This document shows, piece by piece, positions 9,193 to 17,382 of a stretch of 36,180 bases of DNA. The stretch is from Barthelona sp. PAP020. Taxonomy: Eukaryota. The number at the start of each line of letters is the position of its first letter. Position 1 is the first letter of the stretch. The notes under the pieces are model-generated. The model was not told the origin of the DNA. It made no database searches and saw only the letters and a program-made list of their open reading frames with translations. The translations under genes and the position numbers were made by a program. Location of the stretch: contig JARQWU010000086.1 in the NCBI GenBank assembly GCA_040182905.1, positions 1 through 36,180 of the forward strand. The letters are read 5' to 3'.

Positions 9193-11607
9193 TTATGGAC
9201 AAAATGACGCTATATTTGTATAATATGGGGAGCCATTGAACAGATACGGTTCACAATGAAAACTGCTTAAACCTATTAATCTTTTGCCATCCAAAACAAT
9301 ATCAAAAGGCTCCAAAGAACTTACGATTATTCTTCTCACTGCTGTAGAAAACACCTCATTCCTAGTTTTTAAAACAAGTTCTGCTTCACCTGTATCTGGA
9401 CTTCTGCTTAAATTACAAGGAGTGTAACTCGTTACAGGTGGAATGTTGTATAATCCCAAACCATAAATTTCAAGATCTTGAGATATCGGATGATCTCCAG
9501 AAAACAGATTCTCCTCATAAACAACATTAATATTCAAACTTTTAGGCTTAAAATTTGGTTGTTTCAAAACATCTTCAATCTTTTTGTCACCCTCTTCAGC
9601 AATTTTATGTGCCTCTGTCATGCCACCAATTTCAAGATGCAACGAAAAATGTAAGACGAAATGACTTCCATCAAAAGTGCTGACATTACAAATCCAACAA
9701 GTGAAATGCTTACTATTATCAGCTAATTGCAAATAATTAGAAACAGACAAGGACATTAAAGAAGAAGGAACCAAGGAAGTCATGGAATTTGCATTAAATT
9801 CTTCTGAAATATCTTTTAAATCAGAATATTGACTTGAAGCACTTGTTAATGATGATATTAATGGAACAAACAAACAAGAACCGAAAATGGGATCTAAGGC
9901 TGTCATATTTGCAGCCAAACTGAGAAAATGGTTGTCTTCAGTAACTGGCAAATAATATATTTGCAAAGTAATGGAACTCAACCATTCAGGTTCTAAAATA
10001 GTCAAATGACACAAAGCGCATACAAATGCACCATAAGTGCTATCATTTCCAACTAAGCCCATGGAACATGTCATATCAGGATTTGTACAAGTTTCAATAA
10101 CACGTTTAACCTGAGTACAAATGGAAGTGATCATAGAGCAATATGATCCAACAGTCATACTATTAGTACTAACTGGCACAATAGGAATATTTGTAATTCT
10201 CGCATGGGGAAGTCGAAAAATTGTTGGATACATGCGTTTGTATTCTCCATAGAATTGGGAGAAGTCGATTTTATTTACACCCTCTTTCAAAAGATCATTG
10301 AATTCTTCGGGAGAAACGCTAAGATTTTGATAGAGATTTAATAAAGTGTCAAGAAATTCCTTAGACAGATTATAATGAGCTTTAAATGTAGTTTCATCAA
10401 TCATTTTTCTGTTATAAAGATCAAACAAAAGAATTTTGATAATTACATTTCTTGTCATAACATAAGTCTTCTCATCCGTCTCTAAACTAAAAAATTGATG
10501 ATTCGTTTTAATATTGGGATCAACTAACATGTATGTAGGCAACACAAAATGATTAAAATTTCCTAAATTATTAACAGCTGGCAATTCAGGAAGAAAAGTG
10601 GCAAAACTGCTGCTGTCAGATTCAATTTGCAGATGTTGCAATGATCTCCACAATGAATAAGCTTGACAATAATGTTGATGTGTCCACAATAATTCCAATA
10701 TCTCTTCTGCTAAAGGACCAACAGGCAATGGAAAAACAGTCAACGGCGCGACGGATAACGTAAGATTATGCAAATGAGGAGTTAATGTGGTTGGACACAA
10801 TAACAATAGCTGTCTTAACAAAGTTAATAAAATAACAATAGCTGCGTATGCAACAGTGGACTTATCTGTCATTTCATCATAGGCTCTTGTGTGCAATCTA
10901 ACAGTGGCCTTTTTCAATAATTCACATATTTCCAATGGTAAATGATCTGGTGATGATCCTTGCAATATAAGATGAAAAAATGGGCCAGTCATTGGTCTTA
11001 TAATTGTGTTCATCTGGTATAAAATGAAAAAGTGTGATAAAATTGAATGTAGAACAATCGAAGCCTTATTTGCAGATGGAATTACAACTTCTGCAGAATC
11101 AATAAAACTTAAATGACCAATATAACCCCTTAATAAATTTTTAACAACTATACGATAATCAATTTCAATACTAGCAGGTACAAAAATGGATAAATTTATT
11201 AACAACCTAATAATATATGCTGAATCATTAAGCTGAGGAAACGTAATTCGCTTTTCAGATAAAACTTCCCATAAATTTAATAATTCCAATAATAAAGGGT
11301 CACTGGTTACAATTGGGCAAAACAAACACAAAATTACAATCATATTCAATAATTTGTTGACAAAATCACCGTCAAAATCATAAACAGGATCAGCAATTGA
11401 AGTACCAAATGATAAAATATCTTCAGAATTAACAGGAATTACAATACCTCTTTCAATTGCCAACAGTGTTGAAATAAATGTACATAAACAAGTTGTGGAA
11501 ATATCATTTCTTGTCGTCAGAATATCCCAAAATAATACATATTGTTCAGTTGTTAATTGACCTTTTGTTTCAATGTAAGTGTCAATTATTTCTTCTGGAT
11601 TGTCCAT
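9193..11607 (-). CDS. 804 aa protein resembling PI3K-gamma regulatory subunits p101/p87 (PIK3R5/6) and the PACS C-terminal domain
   Basis: Long intact ORF. Collinear motifs recognised by eye: LTVFPLPVGPLAEEILELL, MGLVGND, LQIYYLPV, MTALDPIF, SNYLQLA, HLEIG, FDIVLDG, NIASF. CDS is certain; family call is moderate. Confidence 0.62.
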   Translation of the reverse strand: MDNPEEIIDTYIETKGQLTTEQYVLFWDILTTRNDISTTCLCTFISTLLAIERGIVIPVNSEDILSFGTSIADPVYDFDGDFVNKLLNMIVILCLFCPIVTSDPLLLELLNLWEVLSEKRITFPQLNDSAYIIRLLINLSIFVPASIEIDYRIVVKNLLRGYIGHLSFIDSAEVVIPSANKASIVLHSILSHFFILYQMNTIIRPMTGPFFHLILQGSSPDHLPLEICELLKKATVRLHTRAYDEMTDKSTVAYAAIVILLTLLRQLLLLCPTTLTPHLHNLTLSVAPLTVFPLPVGPLAEEILELLWTHQHYCQAYSLWRSLQHLQIESDSSSFATFLPELPAVNNLGNFNHFVLPTYMLVDPNIKTNHQFFSLETDEKTYVMTRNVIIKILLFDLYNRKMIDETTFKAHYNLSKEFLDTLLNLYQNLSVSPEEFNDLLKEGVNKIDFSQFYGEYKRMYPTIFRLPHARITNIPIVPVSTNSMTVGSYCSMITSICTQVKRVIETCTNPDMTCSMGLVGNDSTYGAFVCALCHLTILEPEWLSSITLQIYYLPVTEDNHFLSLAANMTALDPIFGSCLFVPLISSLTSASSQYSDLKDISEEFNANSMTSLVPSSLMSLSVSNYLQLADNSKHFTCWICNVSTFDGSHFVLHFSLHLEIGGMTEAHKIAEEGDKKIEDVLKQPNFKPKSLNINVVYEENLFSGDHPISQDLEIYGLGLYNIPPVTSYTPCNLSRSPDTGEAELVLKTRNEVFSTAVRRIIVSSLEPFDIVLDGKRLIGLSSFHCEPYLFNGSPYYTNIASFCP

Positions 11608-11668
11608 CTTGTTTTAGAAAAATGAAAGTCATTCTTTTTTTCTCATGTCAAAAGAACATGAATGAACT

Positions 11669-14290
11669 ATGATTAACAATAACTCAATTATTGAAGATGA
11701 TTTAGAAAGAATCATTGAAGAAAGTGCAACCCTTACAATAAAGGAGAGAAAGAAAACCCATTCAGTTTTACAGAATCAAAAAGAAGCCATAATATCCATA
11801 TATGAATTATTTTGTTTCAGTGAACTGTATATACGAAGTTTAATTGATGAATATAATCAAATTTTAACTCTTGATAAAACGTTTGTTTTCAATTTCATGT
11901 ATTCTTACAATAAATTATTAAATTCTATTACAAAATTAACGATTTTAAAGGAAAATCTCACAATAGGTGACAAATTTCCAAAGCTTTTTGAAATCTTCAA
12001 TCGAACATATTCGTCCGATGATGATATTCCCATCTCATTTTTACCATTTCCTCATTTAAACAATTTGGCTGTGCATAATGTTCATCCTGCTCGATGGAAA
12101 GGCGTTCAAAATTTTCGAAACAATATTTCAAGTTTATCTGTTCATGAGTGCAATTTATTTACTCTTGGAGAATTAATTTATTGTATATGTCGTTGTGAAG
12201 AAGAAGAACGTTTAGATATGAAAGTTATTGATCAATTTGAAAGTAACAAAAATGATCAATTAATTTTTCTTGATGTTTGTGGATGTTTTATTGAAAAGTT
12301 ATTGAAGAATCTTAAAGAAAATGAATCAATCAAACGGTCTCCTTCACCATATTTATCTCCTCTTTATTCTACACCTTCTAAAACTGCTAGAAAAGATAAA
12401 AATCGTACTGTGACAAAAAAAACTAATGTTGCTCATAACTCATATGATGACAAGTTGAACATTGATGATGATACTTTGAGAGCTCCTAATTCTACATCAA
12501 AGTTGAACACTTCCTATGTACATTCACCTGTTGAAGCAATGGGCTCATTTGGAAGTGAGTTAAGCACCTTTGACTTAAATGACGATAATGAAAGTACTTT
12601 TGACAATGGTTATGAAACGCCAACCGACTCAGATATTGATTACACTAATTTGAAGAACTTAACTAATGTTCAAACTAGCTACAAATATTTGATTTGGAAA
12701 CAATTGAAAATATTAAATCTTTCTCACAACAATATCAATTTTTTGGATGAAAGCCTTGCTTTATTGCCAAATCTGCGTGTGTTGGATCTTTCTTACAATC
12801 AAATAAAAGAAATTCACAATTTAACAATGTGTGAGTCTTTAGTTGAATTGAATCTTTCACACAATTGTATTGAAAGCATGGAAGAATTTGTTTTTGAACT
12901 TCCAAACATTTCTAAATTGAATATCTCTCATAATCAAATTTGTTCCACAAGTGGAATAGAAAAATTGGTGCAAATTACTGAAATCAACATATCTTACAAT
13001 CTTTTGAGTTCAATCGTAAATGATATATCTAAATTGTCTGTGTTGCCAAATTTGCACAGCTTAGATGTTTCGAATAACCCATTAATTGAAGGAACAGAAA
13101 TGAAAATTTTAAACAAAACTTTTGTTAATTTTGCTTTACCCATTCGACAAAAAAATGATGATTCTGATCCACGTGTCTATTTAAATGGACAATTGATAAC
13201 ATCTGACTATTGGAAAAATGCTGAGCCTATTTATTTAACTGCTCCCAAACTAGCAATGACAGTCACGTCAAAAGTTTCATCACCATTATCTCCTATCTCA
13301 CCGATTGGATCACGAACCTCATTGAGACTTGGTGAAAATGGTGAATCACTCAATGTTGAAGAAAATTCGCTCTTGAATGTTCCCAAACAACCTCAATTTT
13401 ATGGAGCTCATTCATTTGATGAAAAACTAAAGGAATATCAAAACAGGAGCAAATTGAGTTTTTCGTTTGATTCAGATTCAAACATTTCAGATTTGCTTCA
13501 GCAAACACACAAATACACTTTTAAAGTGATGTTAAAACATTTATCTTTGGATACAGGAAATTTTTTAAATTTTGGGTCAATGACTTTTGAAAAAGATGTA
13601 ATTTTTTTAAACTTTGAGAAATTTTTGCAAACTATCCCAAAAAGTTCATTAAAGTATGTTTGTAGATTGGAAGATTCTTTCAGTTTTCCCATGTTTTATT
13701 TGTCAAATGCAGATGAAAGTGTTCAATTTATTGTTAAATTATTGGACAGAACTTTATTGCAGCAATTTTGTCAATTACTAGCAAAATCCCAAAAAGATCT
13801 GAAAAAAAATATTTTTATAAATGATTTATATTCAGGAGAAATATTTAAAGATGCTGAAGATATCGATATGATGAATCCACAGGAACAAGAACAAACAGAA
13901 CATTATTATCATTATTACATTGATATTGACAAAATGGATAAATCATTTGAATATAGTTTTGAATCAATAAAAGAAGAAATTCGAGAAATTTTCAATAACT
14001 TTCATAAGTTTGACAAATTTTTCTTCATTTCAGATTTCCCCATATATTTTGAAGATCAATTGATTCAACAGTTAATTGTTACAAATTCTATGCTTTATAT
14101 TATTATTGATTCCAACACAATCATGGATTACAGTATAAATTCAATCGCAACCATATCTACATTAGATCGTAGTGATCAAAAATATTTGGTTCTCAAAATG
14201 AAGCCTTTTGCTTTAATTGAATTGTCCGTCGACAAGAATAATAGTTTTAATCTTCTAGCTGGTGTTTTAAACATGCTAAAGGATTGTTAA
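11669..14290 (+). CDS. Leucine-rich repeat protein, nischarin/STK11IP-like
   Basis: SDS22-type LRRs starting WKQLKILNLSHNNINFLDESLALLPNLRVLDLSYN, and upstream IPISFLPFPHLNNLAVHNV...KGV, both typical of that family. Possible PH-like folds at the C-terminus. No PX domain seen. Confidence 0.75.
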   Translation: MINNNSIIEDDLERIIEESATLTIKERKKTHSVLQNQKEAIISIYELFCFSELYIRSLIDEYNQILTLDKTFVFNFMYSYNKLLNSITKLTILKENLTIGDKFPKLFEIFNRTYSSDDDIPISFLPFPHLNNLAVHNVHPARWKGVQNFRNNISSLSVHECNLFTLGELIYCICRCEEEERLDMKVIDQFESNKNDQLIFLDVCGCFIEKLLKNLKENESIKRSPSPYLSPLYSTPSKTARKDKNRTVTKKTNVAHNSYDDKLNIDDDTLRAPNSTSKLNTSYVHSPVEAMGSFGSELSTFDLNDDNESTFDNGYETPTDSDIDYTNLKNLTNVQTSYKYLIWKQLKILNLSHNNINFLDESLALLPNLRVLDLSYNQIKEIHNLTMCESLVELNLSHNCIESMEEFVFELPNISKLNISHNQICSTSGIEKLVQITEINISYNLLSSIVNDISKLSVLPNLHSLDVSNNPLIEGTEMKILNKTFVNFALPIRQKNDDSDPRVYLNGQLITSDYWKNAEPIYLTAPKLAMTVTSKVSSPLSPISPIGSRTSLRLGENGESLNVEENSLLNVPKQPQFYGAHSFDEKLKEYQNRSKLSFSFDSDSNISDLLQQTHKYTFKVMLKHLSLDTGNFLNFGSMTFEKDVIFLNFEKFLQTIPKSSLKYVCRLEDSFSFPMFYLSNADESVQFIVKLLDRTLLQQFCQLLAKSQKDLKKNIFINDLYSGEIFKDAEDIDMMNPQEQEQTEHYYHYYIDIDKMDKSFEYSFESIKEEIREIFNNFHKFDKFFFISDFPIYFEDQLIQQLIVTNSMLYIIIDSNTIMDYSINSIATISTLDRSDQKYLVLKMKPFALIELSVDKNNSFNLLAGVLNMLKDC

Positions 14291-14310
14291 TTGTACAAAG
14301 AATCTTAAAC

Positions 14311-15099
14311 TTATGTATTCTTAGGATTTCTATAAATTGGCGAATCAAAATCAATATCCAAGTTTTTATTTGAAAAGATATTGTTATTGAAGGGAAATGT
14401 CAGATTTTCAACATCATAATCATTGGGTGAATCAACAAAATTTTGAATGTATGGAAAATTTTGAAAATTTTTGGAAATAAATGAACTTTTTTTTGTTGAT
14501 TTTACATTGTCAGCACTTTTTGGTTTTTGAAAACTTGATACAGGTGAAGACAAAAGTAAATCAATCGTTTGCATATTCTTGACCTGTTTTGGTGTCATGG
14601 GCAAAATCGATTGATTGGTTTCTTGGCCATGATGGATTTCAGTTTCTACATTCATTCTCTGAACTTCATATTGATCAACTTTTTCTTTTAACAATGAATT
14701 TTCTTGATTTAATAATAAATTGTTCTCTTTTAATCTCTTCAATTCCTTTTTCATTATCTCAATTTCACTTTCATGAAATTCTTTTGTTGACAACATATCA
14801 TTTTGCAATATTTCAATGCTTTTGGTCAGTTTATTGATTCTTTGGTCATCTAATTGATTGTAAGACATTGTTATATCATCTTTATTTTTGTCATTTCGAA
14901 TGTTATTCAATACTTCATTTAATTCATGTTGTAAACTGGCATTTTGTTTTCTCAATTGTTCTAATTCTTCATCCTGTTTTAAGTTTTCTTCTTTTAAAAA
15001 ATGCGTTACTTCCACTTTGTTTTCGTACAAATGATACAACTCTTGCAATTTCATCGCATATTCTATTGCTTTTGCCTTATATTGTTCTGCAACACTCAT
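14311..15099 (-). CDS. Coiled-coil protein of unknown function
   Basis: Intact ORF from ATG 15099 (MSVAEQYKAK). Heptad-rich N-terminal two thirds and an S/TP-rich disordered tail. Confidence 0.75.
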   Translation of the reverse strand: MSVAEQYKAKAIEYAMKLQELYHLYENKVEVTHFLKEENLKQDEELEQLRKQNASLQHELNEVLNNIRNDKNKDDITMSYNQLDDQRINKLTKSIEILQNDMLSTKEFHESEIEIMKKELKRLKENNLLLNQENSLLKEKVDQYEVQRMNVETEIHHGQETNQSILPMTPKQVKNMQTIDLLLSSPVSSFQKPKSADNVKSTKKSSFISKNFQNFPYIQNFVDSPNDYDVENLTFPFNNNIFSNKNLDIDFDSPIYRNPKNT

Positions 15100-15191
15100 T
15101 GTCAGAAACGAAAAACAATACAAAATAAAAATATAAAAATGTATGTTTATGTTCTATAGGGTTACAAAAGTTTTGTATTAATAATAGGGAC

Positions 15192-15209
15192 AGATTTGAG
15201 CTAAAATCC
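15192..15209 (-). promoter_or_regulatory. Histone 3' stem-loop-like element downstream of H2B
   Basis: Minus strand reads ACAAA-GGATTT-TAGCTC-AAATCT-GTCCC, 30 nt after the H2B stop. 6-bp stem with GG at the base and a CAAA 5' flank, but the loop is 6 nt rather than 4. Confidence 0.4.
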
Positions 15210-15239
15210 TTTGTGTTTCTGTGAAAGAATTCAAAAAGC

Positions 15240-15689
15240 TTAGGCTTCTTCTTCAACTTCTTCTTCTTCTTCCTCTTCAACGGGTCTGTTTCCGAAAGAA
15301 CTGGAGAATTCTTGAACAGCATTGTAACCTTCATTCATGGCGTTTTCAGCAAGAGCACCAGGTAATTCTAATTGGCAAGCATTTTGAATATCCTTCCAGG
15401 TCAAGGTACGACGACGATTGATACGAGCAAGTTCAGCAGCACGTCTGGCAATTCTGTCGAAGATATCGTTGACGAAAGAATTCATAACAGCTAAAGCCTT
15501 CTTGTTGATACCAAGGTTTTCATCAAGATCCTTTAAAACTCTGTAAATATAAACACCCCAAGTCTCTTTTCTGACTTTTTTTCTCTTCTTTGCATCAGTT
15601 GACTTGGCAGCGGGAGCGGCGGCAGTCTTGGCCATCTTACCAATGGGACCAGACTTAGCGGGTGTTCTAATTCTCTTTTTAGCGGGCAT
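15240..15689 (-). CDS. H2B: Histone H2B, divergent, with acidic C-terminal extension
   Basis: RKETWGVYIYRVLK, GINKKALAVMNSFVNDIFDRIA, LPGALAENAMNEG, and a Lys/Ala-rich N-tail. Visibly more GC-rich than neighbouring genes. Confidence 0.96.
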   Translation of the reverse strand: MPAKKRIRTPAKSGPIGKMAKTAAAPAAKSTDAKKRKKVRKETWGVYIYRVLKDLDENLGINKKALAVMNSFVNDIFDRIARRAAELARINRRRTLTWKDIQNACQLELPGALAENAMNEGYNAVQEFSSSFGNRPVEEEEEEEVEEEA

Positions 15690-16035
15690 ATTAAAAAAGT
15701 GATTGTGATTTTACATCAAAAAAAAATTCCAACTTGCCAAAAAAGCGAAGGAAAAATTTTCCTGTACCGGAATTTTTTTTTTTCATTTTTCCCGCTTTGG
15801 AATTTCTGGATGATTTTATTCAGATATCTTTGATATTTTCCATATTAAGAGCCAAAAATCCAAAAAAGATTAAAATAGAAAAATTAATAAATGAAAATTT
15901 ACTCATTCCATCAGTTTTTAATTTTTATACACTTCAATTTATGTGTTTTCCCTGTATTTTCAACATAAAGATGCTAAAAAAGATTTAAAAGTTTCTGGTC
16001 TTTCTAAATCGATTTTTTTCGATATATTTTTGATT

Positions 16036-17382
16036 ATGGGTTTGATTTCAAGAAAGACCATAAAAGAAGTTATTAAAAGAGTTGCCTTACCAGAAGCGAT
16101 CAAATTAGCTTATTTAAATCGAAAGTATAACGAAATTGGAATGGAAACACTTAAAGATCGAAAATCATTGATATTTAACAAAGATAATATGAATAGTGAA
16201 ATGTTTTTATATCAATCAAGATATCTTCCCAATGTTGAAACTCTAATTTTGGATGATATTGAATTAGAAACTGAAAGTTTTTTAACTTTGATGAATTTTT
16301 TTCCTTTAATAAAGAAATTAAGCTTGAAAAATTGTAGTTTTTTAGGAATAAGTGAAGTTGAAGAAATAATTTTGCATGATACCATTACTCATTTAAATTT
16401 TGAAGGTTGTTGTAGATTAACAGATGTATTATTATGTGACGTGTCGATTGCTTTTCCGGAATTAGTTGGAATTGAATTAAGTCATTGTGATGCAATAACA
16501 GCAGATAGTTTAAAGCAATTATCACAAAATTGTAACGCCTTAAAATATTTAAGTGTTATTGGTTTAACATGTATTGATGATAGTGTGTTAAAATCAATTT
16601 CAAAATTTGTTCCTTCAATTGAATATCTTATTCTTGACAATTGTGAACAAATAACCGATGAAGGTATTTTATGTATAGCCCAAACTTGTTCGAATTTAGT
16701 AGAATTGTCTTTGAAAAATTGTAAAAATATTACCAATAGATCAATTGATTCATTGAGTGGTCATTCAAATGAAGTTGGTTGTCCCAAATTACATTTGTTA
16801 GATATATCAAACACCAATTGTGGAGACAATGAAAATAATGATAATCTTGTTAATATTTTTGAAATTTTAAACAGATTTAAAGAAATGGAGTTCTTGAGAA
16901 TGAATGGAATTGATGTGATGATGTTTGAAGAGATTAAGTTTGAAGAAATGAAAAAATTAAAGTGTCTAGAAATGGTTGATGTGAATGTTCCTGAAAATTT
17001 TAAAGACATCATTACACCACTAATCAATTGCAATTGTATTGAGGAGCTTGCCTTTGGGCCAGGAAACATTAAAGAATTTTCTTTCCTTAGTGAGCTAAAA
17101 CATTTGAGAAAGTTGACATTGAAAAGGTTATCCATCGAAAATAGATGTTTGAGTGAAATTTTATCCAAATGCATCAATCTGGAAGTTTTGTCTTTGATAG
17201 GTTGTCCCAAAATTTCAATTGAGGCATTCCAAAACGATAATCATTGGATTAATTGTGTTCTTTTAAAAGTGTTAATTTCCCAAAACAATAAAAGTTTAGA
17301 TTCCGATATTCATGAAATATTGACTAACTTAGACCTTAAGAACGTAGATTTACCAAACAAAAATTGGATTTTAAAAAATTGA
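16036..17382 (+). CDS. Cys-containing (RNI/AMN1/FBXL-type) leucine-rich repeat protein
   Basis: Repeated LxxLxLxxCxxITD units (LILDNCEQITDEGI, LSLKNCKNITNRSI). First ATG at 16036. No clear F-box. Confidence 0.85.
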   Translation: MGLISRKTIKEVIKRVALPEAIKLAYLNRKYNEIGMETLKDRKSLIFNKDNMNSEMFLYQSRYLPNVETLILDDIELETESFLTLMNFFPLIKKLSLKNCSFLGISEVEEIILHDTITHLNFEGCCRLTDVLLCDVSIAFPELVGIELSHCDAITADSLKQLSQNCNALKYLSVIGLTCIDDSVLKSISKFVPSIEYLILDNCEQITDEGILCIAQTCSNLVELSLKNCKNITNRSIDSLSGHSNEVGCPKLHLLDISNTNCGDNENNDNLVNIFEILNRFKEMEFLRMNGIDVMMFEEIKFEEMKKLKCLEMVDVNVPENFKDIITPLINCNCIEELAFGPGNIKEFSFLSELKHLRKLTLKRLSIENRCLSEILSKCINLEVLSLIGCPKISIEAFQNDNHWINCVLLKVLISQNNKSLDSDIHEILTNLDLKNVDLPNKNWILKN

